DNA of 64,000 nucleotides from Carcharhinus longimanus (GCA_030264375.1 JASCQW010000137.1:36192071-36256070); one strand, 5' to 3'. Positions 22,823 through 37,106 are shown, counted from the first letter of the stretch. Notes: generated by a model not told the origin, from the sequence alone. Made by a program: numbers and translations.

Positions 22823-22954
22823 GGTTTAAATGCTAACATGTCCCTCCAAATTTTAAATATTTCTTAAGTGAAATAATCGTAATAATTAACATTAAATGTT
22901 TAGTAGTTTCTTTTTACCTGTGAAAAATGGTTTCCTTAAAATTGTTTTTTTTTT

Positions 22955-23180
22955 AAGTTTATTTACGAGCAGGCTTACATGAAAATTCCCATGTCGCCAC
23001 ACCCCGGCACCTTTTCGGGTACACTGAGGGAGAATTTAGCATGGCCAATGCACTTAACCAATTGACAATCAGCGTAGGAGGAAACCAGAGCACCCAGAGG
23101 AAACCCACGCAGACCCAGGGAGAACGTGCAAACTCCACACCAGGCAGTGACCCAAACCAGGAATCAAACCCAGGTCCGGG
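22955..23180 (-). mobile_element. tRNA-derived SINE, alternative-tail subfamily (partial)
   Basis: Reverse core and tail; an extra head fragment lies at 23452-23531. Confidence 0.8.
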
Positions 23181-24511
23181 TATGGAGACAGAAATAGAAA
23201 TCTGACAGGTTTTAGACAGGGAATTTGGAAAGTGGAAGAGAAGTATATGTAGGATTAGCCAGTGAAACATACATTTATATAGAAATTATAGCAGTGAAAA
23301 AGAGTGTCTGGTCAGTCTATTTGGTTTTAATCGTCAACATGCGCCATAATTCTAATCTCCTGAACCCATCCTGTCCCCACAACCTTTAATCCTCTTTTCT
23401 ATCAACCATCTATCGATTTCACTTCTCTGTGGATGGATTTTGACTCTTTCCAGTCACCCAAGGCTGGAATCGAACCTGGGTCCCTGCCGCTGTGAGGCAA
23501 GAGTGTCAACCACTGTAACACCGTGCCGCCCTCTTGACGCTAACATTCTCTGTACACTAGACTCAATCTGTTCTTGCATTATTACAGTGTAAGTAGACCA
23601 TGATGTTAAAGGACATAGAGTAGTGCTGCGCTGTCACTCCAGCAGTGAGGACCATATATTGTGCAGGTGTGTCCAATGCACAGGTCTTACTTACATCATT
23701 TAGGACAACTCTGCATTCACAGCTTACCACAGATTCATCTTTTCATACCATCAATCGAGTATACATTAAAAGAAAATATTATGGTTGGGACAGTTTTATT
23801 TCAGACCACTGATTGTCAATGTGGAGGATTTTTCAATACCCCTCACCTCTTCATATCAAATCGACCTGCTGCTTTTTCCCTTCTAATATCTTGTAAACGT
23901 CGAGATCAGAGATTAGCGTTCAGAATCACGCAGGGACATTTATCTTCATGACCTTGGCTTATCAACAGCAGCGGGAGCTTAATAAAGGAATTCAGAAATC
24001 ATACGTGCACATGTGTGGTCAGATGAAGTGTTGAACTCAGATTGTCAAAAACAGCAACATGGAACCTTCCGGATAAAGGCAAAGGCACGGAGAAATATTT
24101 AACCATTACCTTGAGAGCTGTTGCTACCTGGGGCTGATTCCGAAGCAAGAAGCTAATGACAGGTTCAAATTACTGCCCATCAATGTCAGAGCAACACTCA
24201 AATGGACAAAACCTGTCACCTGAACTGACATCAGATTCTAATCCTGATATCATTCCAGGAAAGCTTATCAAAGCGGTTGTGATTATAGGGTGTACAGTTC
24301 CCACTCACCTCGGACAACGTTGTCGCCAATTCATCTCTCTCCAATCAGTACAGTATATTTTAGAAATAAATATTGTGGCTAGAAGAGTTTCATTTTAGAC
24401 TGCTGACTGTAAATGTAATGGATCCTTCAATACTTCTCATCTCTTTATAGATTGCTTACTTTTCCATCCAATATCTGTGATCACAGTTCAAAATCTTGAG
24501 AGGAGCAATTA

Positions 24512-24735
24512 TGTCTGTGTGGAGTTTGCACGTTCTCCCTGTGTCTGCATGGGTTTCCTCCCACTCTCCAAAGATGTGTGGGTTGGGTGGATTGGCCACA
24601 TTAAATTGCCCCTTGGTGTCAGGGGGACTAGCTAGGGTAAATGCATGGGGTTAAGGGGATTGGGTCTGAGTGGAATTGTGGTCAGTGCAGACTCAATGGG
24701 CTGAATGGCCTTCTTCTGCACTGTATGATTCTATC
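24512..24735 (+). mobile_element. tRNA-derived SINE, 5'-truncated
   Basis: Core and CR1-type tail. Confidence 0.85.
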
Positions 24736-25514
24736 TTCATGATCCTGGACATATATAATGATAATTTTATTTTGGTAGTTTTATTCCTTTTCTTCTTTCT
24801 TTCACTTGTACCTATCGATCGTGAGGAATCAATAACTTGCTTCTATGTTGTCAATTGACATTCCACAGTGAAAGATTAATTATTTTGATTTCCTTTCTTA
24901 TGCAAGATTATGGCAAAAACACTTGTTGTTGATGACTGGGGAACTGAGGCCAGTATCTATTTACAGGCGATATAATGGGTACCTGGAAGTGATTACCAAG
25001 CTGTAATCTCCTCAAGGGTTTCAGATGTCAGCATAAACTGCATGAGCAATGCCTGAGAGGCTTGTAACCATCATCTTAACCTCAAACTGAGATTACATTC
25101 TGGAAATCACTGCCATGTGTAACATTTTTTCATTTATATATATAGGATGTACAAAGGAATTTGGATACTTTTTTGGCAATGCTGAGTACCGTAGCAGTCA
25201 CCACTGTGTCATACAATTAACGCAAATCAACATCCGCAGCACAGGATTTATGCTCGTTACTCAATCGCGGTCTCTTATTGTGGGATAATCCATTGTAGAT
25301 ACGATTGTCTTATTTTCTGGTGATAAGTTCTTATGGCACAAAGCTAATGCTGGAAATACTTAACATATCAGCCAGCGTGGGAACATATGAGCAGAAGTCA
25401 GCATTTGGCCCTTCAAACCTGATATACCATTCAGTTAAATCATGACTAATCTTCAGGAATCTGATAGAGAGCATTTCATGAAGGAGGGTCTCACAATGCT
25501 AATCCATTTTCATA

Positions 25515-26152
25515 CAATTCTGCAAAAGGAGGCCATTCAACCCATCGAGTTTGCACCGCCCACAATCCCACCAATCCCCATAACCTTATGCATTTACCCT
25601 AGTTAATCCCCCTGATACTCAGGGGCAATTTAGCATGGTCAATCTACCTAACTTGGAATTTGGGTGGAAACCAGAGCTCCCGGAGGAAACCCACGCAGAC
25701 ACGGGGAGAATGTGCAAACTCCACACAGAAAGTGGCCCAAGCCAAGAATCAAACCCAGGTCCCTGGTGCTGTGAGGCAGCAGTGCAATACAAGCATTTTA
25801 TCTTTCAGGTACAGATTACTATTCTTCTTTCTATTTTCCATTATAGTTTCTAGTTTATTTATTAGTGTCACAAGTAGGCTTACATTAACACTGAAATGAA
25901 GTTATTATGAAAATCCTCTAATCGCCACACTCCAACTCCTGTTTGGGTACACTGAGGGAGAATTTATCATGGCCAATGCACCTAACCTGCATGTCTTTCG
26001 GACTATGGAAAGAAATCAGAGCACCTGGAGGAAACCCATGCAGACATGGGGAGAACATGTGAACTCTACACAGACAGTTACCCGAAGCCAGAATTGAACC
26101 CAAGTCCCTGGCGCTGCAAAGCAGCAGTGCTAACCACTGTGGCACCACGCTC
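25515..26152 (-). mobile_element. Two adjacent SINEs (25515-25786 CR1-type tail; 25852-26152 alternative tail)
   Basis: Both show the reverse head and core. Confidence 0.85.
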
Positions 26153-26595
26153 CCTCCGATAGTAAAGAGACATGCTGTTATCTAGAGAATTAAGACACTT
26201 GCCTGTTGAAACTTTGCATCTTGCACTCATCAGGATCACTACTCAAGATAAATTAACTGAAAAAGGAAAAAGAGTAATGAAGTGTATGATTTTCAGTGCT
26301 AGTGTGATGACAGGTTGAGGGATTCACTGGTTTGCCTGGGTGGGGGTGAGGAACAATTCCTGATCCTCCTAGGTCATAGAGAACTACAAAGGTTCTTAAT
26401 GTATGGGTTCAATCCTGCTTGCATTGTTTTATCCTCTGAGTTTCTCCAATTCCAGAAGTATGGCTAACATGAGCTAATGTTAAATAGGAGGCACATCATC
26501 TCCTTAAATAGATTTCAGTGACTTACCTACTTCCTGAGAGCAGATTGCTTGTCCACCTTGCCCGCTTGTGCCATTTCTTTTAGAACTGGGCAAGA

Positions 26596-26912
26596 CAGTG
26601 GCACAATGGTAGCACTGCTACCTCACAGTGTCAGGGACCCAGGTTTAGTTCTGGCTTGGGTGATTGTCTGTGCGGAGTTTGCACATTCTCTCCGTGTCTA
26701 TGGGGGTTTCCACTGGGTGCTTCTGTCTCGTCCCACAGCCCAAAGATGTGTGGGTTAGGTAGATTGGCCAATCTAAATTTGTCCCTTAATGTTTAGCAAG
26801 GTAAACATTGGGATTACGGGGAAATGCCTGGGTGGGATTGTTTTGAGTGCAGGCCTGATGGGCTGAATAGCCTCCTTCTGCACTGTAGGAATTCTATGGA
26901 TTCTATTCTATG
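26596..26912 (+). mobile_element. tRNA-derived SINE (CR1-type tail)
   Basis: Head, core and tail ending ttctatggattctattcta. Confidence 0.85.
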
Positions 26913-27899
26913 GAAGTAGCTGAGCTCGCGGCAGAATTGGATTTGCAATTAGTTACATTTTCTCTTCTCACCTGACCCTTACCCACCTGTTTTTTGATGG
27001 TTAATATAAGGATAATTGAGGGTGAATTTTCCTTTTGAAGGTGAAAATATGATATATTTGCTTTTCGGAAGGCTTGCTGAGAAAGAAGTCGGCAATATTG
27101 ACTCTTTAGATTTTTTTTACAGGTGCCAGGAAGATAAGTTTGGGGTTATATGCCAAGGTTAAAGGTCAAAAGGCACAAAGCTGGAAAGCAATTTCTGTTC
27201 AAATATACAAAGGAAGTGTTCCAAAACCTTTTCTCCGCGGATGATGACTGAGCATATAATCAGACCATAAATTACTTTGAGATTCTGGACAAAAGAGTTT
27301 AAATTTCCTTACACCCATAAATAAACAGAACCTAATTTGTAAATATAAAGTTTAAGGTCAAGTGACAAATTTCCCATTCTCCCTGTTGAAATATGTTCCA
27401 TCTAGATCTCTTTCAATCATCACTTTTGCCATTAATGTTATGGGTTCTCTACAAAAATAAAGCAGTGGGTAATTCACTTTCCATGTCACATTGAATTCTG
27501 ATGCTTTCATTGTACTGTCAACTGCTGAACCTTCCCTTTGAAAGCAGATGAGAAATCTGTTGTTCAAATTCATAACTGTGCCTGTGACAGAAAATGGATA
27601 TTTTACTATCTCACTACATTATACAATCACGTTATAACGCACTTTTAACAGTTACAGATCCCCAAAAATGTGCGTTTACTTAAATCACTGTTTTTGTGAT
27701 CATTGCTCAATGTTTTATGTATCATTGAAGATCAATGTTCAGCAAATTAAAATGAATATATTTATAATTATAATGCTCCATTCTTTCCTACTAAAGTTTG
27801 ATGACACAGATACAATGGTTGCTGCTTCAATTTATGGAATTTAGTTCAGGAGTGCAGCTAATATTGTGGAAGCACAGGTTATTATATATTGCTGAATTA

Positions 27900-28229
27900 T
27901 AGATTCATAGATACATAGAATCCTTACAGTGCAGAAGGAGGCCATTTGGCCCATCGAGCCTGCACGAACAACAATCCCACCCAGGCCCTATTCTCCTATC
28001 CCAGTGTATTTACCCTGTTAAATGCCCTGATGCTAAGGAACAATTTAGCATGGCGAATCAACCTGCATAGCTTTAGACTGGAGGAAACCAGAGCACTCAG
28101 AGGAAACCCTTGCAAACACAGGGAGAATGTGCAAACTCCACAGTCAGTCAGTCACTCAAGGCTGGAAGTGAACCTGAGTCCCTGGCATTGGGAGGCAGCA
28201 GTGTTAACCACTGTGGTACAACGCCACCC
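27900..28229 (-). mobile_element. tRNA-derived SINE (CR1-type tail)
   Basis: Reverse head, core and tail. Confidence 0.85.
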
Positions 28230-28364
28230 CCGTAGTAAAGAGATATGCTATTATATAGAGAATAAAGAGGCATGCTATTGAAATTTTGCATCTTGCACTA
28301 ATCAGGATCAAGATAAATTAACTATAAAAGGAAATGGAATAATGAGGTGTTAGTGTGATAACAT

Positions 28365-29062
28365 GTATGTAGGCTATACATCCCAATGACAGTTCATATC
28401 AAACAGCACGTTCTTTCAGTTTTTCACCATAGGCAAACTACTGATCATGATGAACCAATCCATGCTTATAAAACCCAAAGGTCTCTGGCCTTGCCTGCAG
28501 CTAGGATTTTCCAGTCCCGCTGCTGTGAATGGAGATTTGGCTGAGCGGCAAATTCTCCGTTCTCAGTGGTGGCTGAGTGTGAATGGTCAGCAAATTCCAG
28601 CCACAGTGTCCAACATTAGATGTGATTCTGCAGTTGGACAACACTTGCTAAACAATCCTAATTGTGCCCAGAATTACAATGAAAACCAATTTAAAATTGT
28701 CAGTTGGGTTCACAGTGTGACTCACTTACATATCCTATTAGCCATGCATTTTCAAAGATAGAGCCCTGTCTGCTGCAGACAGAAGGAGTATGCCCGTCTT
28801 TTCCAACTAAACAAAAGCTTGGAGGAGCATCATTTGCTGGTTCATTTCCCATGGCAATGCTGTGACCAATTAGAGTCGACCACTCTGGCTTGAATTTGAA
28901 TCAAAATCTTGTCAGTTGACAGTTAACTGTTCTCTGCTGCATTGCATGACAATGCCTCTACCATGCAGAATCAACGTGCCAACAAATCAGCACTCTCTTC
29001 TCATGCCACATAAATTATTGTTGCTTTTACTGTTTGGTCACCTTGCGAATCTGTCCTGATGA
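28365..29062 (+). mobile_element. Penelope-like element 3' part (GIY-YIG endonuclease C-terminus), with a MITE at ~28485-28602
   Basis: HIKQHV..IRCDSAVGQHLLNNPNCAQNYNENQFKIVS..HLHIL..PVCCRQKEY; ends at gtcCTGATGA (~29053), a hammerhead half-core. Confidence 0.75.
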
Positions 29063-29647
29063 AGTGACATTTTGCCAACTTCTGCTAAAGATTCCACCCA
29101 CCATTCCAAGTCAAGAAGGTGTGCAGCTTGAAGGAGAACTTGTAGGTGGCGGTGTTCCCATGTCCCTCTAGATGGTGGAGTTTGGAAAGTGCCATCAAAG
29201 GAGCCAAAATTGCCACAGAATGATAGGAAGATAGGGAGGACCAAGATTTAATTCCCAGTAGGTTTTGAGTCGGCATCAATGTAGCAGTAAAGTTGCTATG
29301 ATTGGCCACAGGAATCCGAACGTAATCCAGCTACTTCAGCTGTAAATTTGTGTGGGTTTGCATAGCTTGTTAACCAGCTACCATTCATAATGGAGTCCTA
29401 CACAACAGCACAGCTAATCAAACAGTATGTCAAAGAATGACAAAGCCTTGAAGAAAATTAGAGAGTGGGAATTGAGCATGTTGTGCATATTACCTGGATC
29501 CCCCTGTTTTGGTATTTATGGCTTTAACAGCAGTGAGTTTACAACAAAGGGTTCGAGTTTCAGTAGCAGGTGCTGTTGTGAATATTAACAGTCAGTGAAA
29601 TGATTTCATATCCGCTTTCAAAGAGAAGATTCAGAATTTTTTTTTCA

Positions 29648-29922
29648 AAGTTAAAGTTTATTTATTTGTCACAAGTAAGGCTTACATTAACACTGAAATG
29701 AAGTTACTGTGAAACTCCTCCTGGTTGCCACACTCTGGCGCCTGTTTGGGTCAATGCACCAAACCAGCACATCTTTCAGACTGTGGGAGGAAATCAGAGC
29801 ACCCGGAAGAAACCCACACAGACACAAGGAGAATGTGCAGATTCCACACAGATAGTGACCCAAGGCTCGAATTGAACTCAGGTCCCTGGCACTGTGAGGC
29901 AGCAGTGCTAACCACTGTGTCA
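29648..29922 (-). mobile_element. tRNA-derived SINE, alternative-tail subfamily
   Basis: Reverse head, core and tail. Confidence 0.9.
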
Positions 29923-29934
29923 CTTCAAAAACCT

Positions 29935-30068
29935 ACCCCTCTGACCAAGCTTTTGATCATTGGTCCCAATACTCCCTTAAGTGGCTCAAGGTCAAATTTT
30001 GCTTGATATACCTCAAAATATTTCATCACGTGAAAAGCACTATATGAATGCAATTTGATGTTGTTGCT
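29935..30068 (+). mobile_element. L2 LINE 3' end
   Basis: ctgaccaagcttttgatca..aaaagcactatatgaatgcaatttgatgttgttg. Confidence 0.6.
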
Positions 30069-31149
30069 GTAAAATGGTCTCAAATCTTTCTCCATTAAGA
30101 AATAATGACCAAAAATCTCAAAACCTGGTCAATGCATTTGCTTAAACCTCCCTAGCTCAGAATGCATTACCTGCTAATACCCCTAAACAGAACAGGTGCG
30201 CCACATGCTATAATTCCCCCAAATTGCATCTCAGGAAGCATTGCATTTCCCCAAACCTACCGTTTACCTCAGTCTTCCTCACCAAAAATCATTCATTGTC
30301 AATCTTCACTCATTTTCCTTATTTGTACAAATTTGAAACTATAACTTACAAAATATGTTAAAACCATCTGTTAGTGCTGCAGCAAGTCAGAGACTCATCT
30401 TTCGTCTCTGGGACTGATGTCAGCTCTGACACCAATGGCCTCTCCTGTCTGCTGGCTCCAAGATTCATTTAACAAACTTGGGCATTCTCAATGCAGTGCC
30501 AAAAGGAATGGGGCCAACTGCGCAAAACTTCCACCCTCACTCATCAGTACTGATAATACAATGGGTGAGGGTCCCTGAAATGCTTCAGCACAGGGATGCC
30601 TGCTTTCTGGAATATTCAACATGCTCACTTACTGCCAAGCTTTTTATTAAGCACGTAGTAAGTCCCCAACCTTTATTGTAATGTGCAGTATCTTGTAATG
30701 AGCCTTAACCATCTGAACAGTTTCATGGCTCTGTATCTCCCAGTTTAAACAGGCATTGAATGAGGGTCTTTTTTTAAATCAGACCATTCCTGCTAACCTT
30801 TGCCCCTTCTGCCCTATCTGTCCTGCTTACTTGGTGTCTCCTCATTGACATTTTCACAGGGCTGTGGTAAAAATAATTTTTATAAGAAAGTTATGAATGA
30901 ATGTGGTAGGAAGGATTATTACTTACGTGGAGAAAAACTGCAGCAGGCGACGGTGCAGAGGGACCTCGGGGTCCTTGTGCNNNNNNNNNNNNNNNNNNNN
31001 NNNNNNNNNNNNNNNNNNNNNNNNNNNNNNNNNNNNNNNNNNNNNNNNNNNNNNNNNNNNNNNNNNNNNNNNNNNNNNNNCTGTGAGGCAACAGTGCTAG
31101 CCACTGTGCCCCCTACCCCCCGCCCCCCTGCCTTCCCCCCCACCCATAA

Positions 31150-32490
31150 ACAATGTGAGGCAACCCATCTGTACCACTCTCCTAGGTAGCGCATTCCAGA
31201 CCATCACCACTCTCTGGGTAAAAAAAATCACATTCCCCCCGAACCTCCTGTCCCTCATCTTGAACCTATGTCCCATTGTGACTGACTCTTCGGCTAAGAG
31301 GAACAGCTGCTCCTTATCCATTCTGTTCATGTCTCTCATAATCTTGAACACCTCAATCAGGTCGCCTCCTCCGTCTCCTCTGCTCCAACGAAACCAAACT
31401 AAGCCCACGCAACCTGTTTTCATAACTTAAATGTTCCATCCCAGGCAGCATCCTGGTGAATCTCGTCTGCGCCCCCTCCAGTACAATCACATCCTTTCAA
31501 TAATGTGGCCAGAACTGCATACAGTAATTTAACTATGGCCTCACCAAAGTTTACAACATGACTTCCCTGCTTTTGTAACCTATGCCTCAACTGATAAAGG
31601 CAATTGTCTCATATGCCTTTTTATCATCCTACTAATATGCCCTTCCGCTTTCAAAGATCAGCAGACAAATACTCCAAGGTCCCTTTGTTCCACAGAACTT
31701 CCTAGTGTCCTCCCATCCATTGAATACTTCCTTGTCAAATTACTCCTTGCAAGATGTATCATCTCACACTTTTCAGGGTTGAATTCCATTTGCCCATTTG
31801 ACCATTCTGACTATGTCTTCTTATAGCCAAAGACACTCCGCTTCACTATTAACCACCTGATACTTGAAACTTGTACATCTGATGTGCTAAGTGTAATTTT
31901 ACAAGATGTAAATTTTAAATTTGTGTCATCCGCATTCTTACTAATTCTATCTCCCACATAGTCATCAATGTCATTTATGTAAATAATGAATAATAGGGGG
32001 CCCAATGCAGATCCTTGATGCATGCCACTGGACACTAACTTACAGTTGCTAAAGTAGCGTTCTGTTATCACCCTCTGTCTCCTACAACTGAGCCAATTTT
32101 GAATCCACTTTATCAAATTATCCTGAATCCCATGTGAATTCACCTTCTTCACATGCTTCCCATGTGGGATCTTGTCAAAGGTTTTGCTGAAATCCATATA
32201 AACTGCATCAACTCTACTACCCTTATCTACACACCTGGACACCTCCTGAAAAAATACAATCAAATTTGTTAGGCATAACCTACCTCTGACAAAGCCATGT
32301 TGACTATCCCTGATCAAGCTTTGCCTCTCCAAATGGAGACAGATACTTTTCTTCAGAAGTTTCTGTAATAGTTACCCTACCACTGATGTAAGACTTGCTG
32401 GTCTTTAGTTCCCTGGTTTACCTCTACAAACTTCTTAAATATCAAAACCACATTAGCTGATCTCCAGTCGTCTGGCACCTCTCCTGCCAT
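31150..32490 (-). mobile_element. CR1 LINE RT fragment, decayed
   Basis: ORF 32332-31811 reads SQHGFVRGRLCLTNLI..VDAVYMDFSKTFDKIPH..QGSALGPLLFIIYINDID..ADDT; downstream GDLIEVFKIM..FFTQRVVMVWNALP. Confidence 0.92.
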
Positions 32491-33349
32491 GATTAAACCC
32501 TTTAAGTTTAAAAACTTCATGTAGAAAAAGAAATTAAGCAAATAATTTCCTACCCTTGCCTAAACAATGAGTTTCAATTTAATTTGATTTGGAAATATCT
32601 ACCAGGACTCACCCACCAATCAGTTGCGTCCATTGGTCTCATGTCACTTTCGGGCCTGTAATGTCTGTGCCCTTTGGTTTTGGTCAGAGGAGGAGGGAGA
32701 GAGGGAAATGCTGGCGTAAAGTTTCAGCCTTAACTGCTCCTTAACCCAGTTCTCCCACTTCCCATTTTTCAGTAGAGGTGACTGTGCCGACTTCTCCCAG
32801 AATCCTCAGTGAAATCTCTCTGCTGCCTCTGCTGGATGTTACTGGTAAAATGGCGGAGCTGAAATGAATTTATGTTGAGTACATTTTAACAAGGGGAATG
32901 GAACATTTGTCACCTGAATTCTGGAATCATTGACCTAGCCTTATGCTGGAGTCCCCCGCCTGCACTCCAACCTTCTTTCTCTCTGCTTCGCTTCTGGGCC
33001 ATTCTCTAATCTCATCTCCCTTTTCACTGTCTTACTTTCCCTTTTATTGAGTTCTCCAAAACGAAACTGACACATCGAGTTCAACTGCAAATCACTGCCC
33101 ATCTAACTTTAAGTGGTGCTGGCCTCGCACAAACTTGGGTCCCTATTGTTACAGTCAGCTGTGTGCTTAGTGCTGGCTCCACACAGCAATTATACAAATT
33201 AATAGGTAGCCTGTGGTTCATGTGCTGCTAATCGCCAGTTAATCGCACATCATGTTCTCTGCACCCACTTTTGAGAGTTATTCAATTTTCTCCTCATAGA
33301 TTTGAAACATGCATCAGTGTAATGGGCTGAGCAAATTAAAGCAAAGATG

Positions 33350-33835
33350 TTAGGGGAGGGATGAGTGGCAGCACCCCCCCCTCCCCCACCCATCATCCCT
33401 CAAGGTCCAACCAATTGGCACTGCCCTCTCTGACTCCATCCCTTGGATCTGCCCGATGCCCAGTGGGCAGTGCTAAGGTGCCCCCCTGGCCAGTTTTCTC
33501 CTTGGGCAGAGCCAGAGGTCAGGCTGGCACTGCCCAGGGAGCAACTCCCCCCCATTACCCCCGACCTCCTGTGGAGAGGGCCTTCACGGCCTCTGCTCCC
33601 TCCAGTGGGGCCGGCCATCTATTCCCCGTTAGTGGGAGCAGGAGTAAACTCCATTGGAGTGAAATATTTAAATCAGCTCTGCACCAATAATCGGCAGGGA
33701 GCTGTGGACTCCAAAAAACATGGAGCTGGAGACCATGGCGCCCAGCGGGGATCCTGCTAAACTGCCTCTGCTGACGTCTCCCCCACTACGTTGCACTGTT
33801 AGAGCAGCGCAGTAGACTGGGAGAATCGTCCCCTA
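33350..33835. mobile_element. GC-rich non-autonomous DNA element remnant (Harbinger-like)
   Basis: Repeated tggcactgccc / gggcagtgc motifs and right end gggagaatcgtccc. Confidence 0.5.
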
Positions 33836-35649
33836 CAAGTTAATGATTTCACTTTCTTCAGCCGTGCTCAAAATGATCAATTGTTGTTTCCAGAATTGAA
33901 AAACTCAAATGTTTAATTCCAGCCTGGGCTATTAAAGAGTGAATGGCAAATGCATTAGTGTATCTTGAAGAAAAGCAAGAATCACAAAGAAAGATTGACT
34001 AAAATGAGGATGGCAAGCCAAACATTGGAGCAGAAAGAATTCCGAAAATAATAAATGCACATGGAAAAGCCAACAAAATACAGATGCTTAGAGGGTGACA
34101 TGCCAGATTATTGCTACTATTCTGGGAGACTTTGGGAGATTCTTCCACTAATCATCTTCCTTGGCCCATTTTCTGTAATGAAAGAGATATACAAATGCAA
34201 ATTCTTGTTGTTTAGTTTGGAAGGTTTTAAAATGATTTAATACTTTTTCCCATGAATAACATCCTAAGAGGTCAGGCTGAGGTACTGCCAGAGTGAGATC
34301 TATAATAGCTGCATACAAAAAAGAATGAAACTGATTGTATTCTTGACTGTCAAATATCTTCCAGACTCTGATCTATTTTCAGGCCATTGAAAGACACATC
34401 AAATAGGAAAGTACAATAGTACTATTCCATTTAAACCTACAGTTCCAGCCTTATAATCAGTGTACTATCATAATTCTCTGAGAGTTCCAGCTATAGTTCT
34501 GTAACAAAGAACAATGTTTGGTATATTTTTTTCCATACCTTTTGCTGTATTTTACTTTTTTAAACTTTTGAGGTGAACGAGGTATCCAAAATATATCCCT
34601 GATGGTGAAAGAAAGCTGGCTGGAATTTTCATATCTGTTATTAAGAAAGGTAAGAAAGGTATTCAGTCATGCAAATCATGTCGAACATATGGTCAGCAGG
34701 AATAAAAGGAATGTCAAAACACACTAAGGATTTGTAGGAAAATTAAATTTGATCTCTGACAATGATCCTTAATCAGTTGAGAATGGGACTTCTGCCCCTC
34801 AGGAAAAGGAAGTCCCACCCTGAAGATCTACTGTAAATCCACTAGCGCCAGAAGATCATAGTGGCCATTGCTGGGACTACAAGCAGTCACCAGTGTGGAA
34901 GAAGATGCCTCCTGGACTTGAAGGTCAGTTTGGGCATTTTGGTTGGGCAAGTTGGGAGATCCCAATGAAGGAGTGGGGTGGAGGGATGGGGGGGTGGAAG
35001 TGAGTGATGGGTTGGGCTTTAGAGGCCAGGGGAGAGGCACAAAGTGGCAGGGGGGAAGGATACCATTTCTGCTTTTTTGGCAGTGGGTGCCTCCAGTCAG
35101 CTCAGGGCCTGCGCTTGTCAAAGCTACCAGGATGCACACCATTCCCACACCTTCCTCTGCCAGCTGTGGACATAGATCGAGGCCTTTAAATGCCAACTAA
35201 TTGCCTTACCACTTCTCATAACATTGGAGACTGGGCAGGGGTGAGCGGGAAGGCAGTGGACTGGACTCCCACTTTACTTGAAGTGCCACCCACCTTCAAT
35301 TGCGCCAGTAGGATGCTTGTAGAATTCCCCCCACCTTTAGTTGCTAACAAACTTCACAAACTTTGATGATTTAGCAACGGAGAGACAGACCCTTCAGCCC
35401 TTCATGCCCATTATTCAATTCAACCATGACTGATTTGTCCCTCTGTTCCATTTTCCTGTCTTTCTTCCATATCCCATTGTATCCTTTACCAAATACAAAT
35501 CTATTAGCCTTACTATTGAAAATTTAAATTGATCTGCCATCTACAAACTTTCAGAGGCTACATTTTCAAAACTCTGCATGAGATAGTGGTTACTACTTTA
35601 CACGGATGTCCTAGCTCGAATTTTAACGTTGTGTCCTCTTGTCCGCTGT

Positions 35650-35860
35650 GATGTGAGAATGAACTATTTCACACACTGAGTGGCTCGGATCTGGAATGTG
35701 CTGCCTGTAACAGTGGTGGAGGCAGACTCAAGCGAGGCATTTAGGAGGATATCTGATGATTACTTGAATAGAAACAATGTGAAGGGGTACGGTGAAAAGG
35801 CAGGGAAATGGCACTAAGTCATGATACTCATTTGGAGAACCGGTGTAGACACAATGTGCC
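35650..35860 (+). mobile_element. CR1 LINE 3' end
   Basis: gatgtgagaatgaactatttcacac..tggaatgtgctgcctg..gggtacggtgaaaaggcaggg. Confidence 0.75.
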
Positions 35861-35899
35861 AAATGCACAGCGACACATTGGTTAGCACTGTTGCCTCAC

Positions 35900-35975
35900 T
35901 GAAACCCATTGTACAAAGAACCCCCAGCTTTTGTCGCGACACTACGGACTTCCTACTGAAACTCAGCACACACGG
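35900..35975 (+). mobile_element. Penelope RT fragment running into an N gap
   Basis: LKPIVQRTPSFCRDTTDFLLKL, a PLE RT motif of the type SY+KDT.DFL.KL. Confidence 0.7.
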
Positions 35976-37106
35976 NNNNNNNNNNNNNNNNNNNNNNNNN
36001 NNNNNNNNNNNNNNNNNNNNNNNNNNNNNNNNNNNNNNNNNNNNNNNNNNNNNNNNNNNNNNNNNNNNNNNNNNNNNNNNNNNNNNNNNNNNNNNNNNNN
36101 NNNNNNNNNNNNNNNNNNNNNNNNNNNNNNNNNNNNNNNNNNNNNNNNNNNNNNNNNNNNNNNNNNNNNNNNNNNNNNNNNNNNNNNNNNNNNNNNNNNN
36201 NNNNNNNNNNNNNNNNNNNNNNNNNNNNNNNNNNNNNNNNNNNNNNNNNNNNNNNNNNNNNNNNNNNNNNNNNNNNNNNNNNNNNNNNNNNNNNNNNNNN
36301 NNNNNNNNNNNNNNNNNNNNNNNNNNNNNNNNNNNNNNNNNNNNNNNNNNNNNNNNNNNNNNNNNNNNNNNNNNNNNNNNNNNNNNNNNNNNNNNNNNNN
36401 NNNNNNNNNNNNNNNNNNNNNNNNNNNNNNNNNNNNNNNNNNNNNNNNNNNNNNNNNNNNNNNNNNNNNGATAAAGGCCAACATTCCATTAGCTTTTTTG
36501 ATTACTTTTCGTATCCGAGTCTGAGCTTTTAGTGGAATTCCTGTAGTCATCTTGATAAGGTATTTCTATTCGTATGATTAAATTCCTCTCCGCCTTCAGG
36601 CCCACTGATTTATGGTGAGAGAGTTAGTCAAATTCTGTTTCTATTTCGTGGGATTCCAGGATTTTTATTGGGGATTTAGGGATCTAATTCCTCAATTCTG
36701 TTCATTTTTTTTTCAGTGGTGAACATAAATCAGTTGCTTTGCCCTTTGTTTAACCGGTACAAACCTGTTCCAATGTGTGATGTACGCTATTAGGTCAGTC
36801 TGCACCAGTATCTTTCAAAAATCACCAGGGGTTTGTGTTTTATAGCTGTTTTAAAGAGACAGGTCCTGAGGTAAATGTTCACTGCTGTGAAGTACAAAAT
36901 GTTATAGGGGAGTAGCAGCAGGTGCAAAAACATTGTTTAAATTTTCGACTGTGTGCCAGTCGCAATCACCTCTAATAGTGTAATATGATGAGTTTTGGTA
37001 AATTAAAAAAGATAATTCAACAATTTTCCATCATGAGCTCTGCCTTTATTTTGTTCTTTTCTATTTTGCTGGGTTAGCCTTGTTTAGTTTCTTTCTTTCT
37101 CCCTTT

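Noticed and set aside
35821-36550. Long ORFs of 178-217 aa
   Set aside because: Artefacts of a ~490-N gap; the same applies to ORFs spanning the other gaps.
36550-37040. LTR-like composition here and at 62178-62600
   Set aside because: No paired LTR, PBS, PPT or TSD could be verified.
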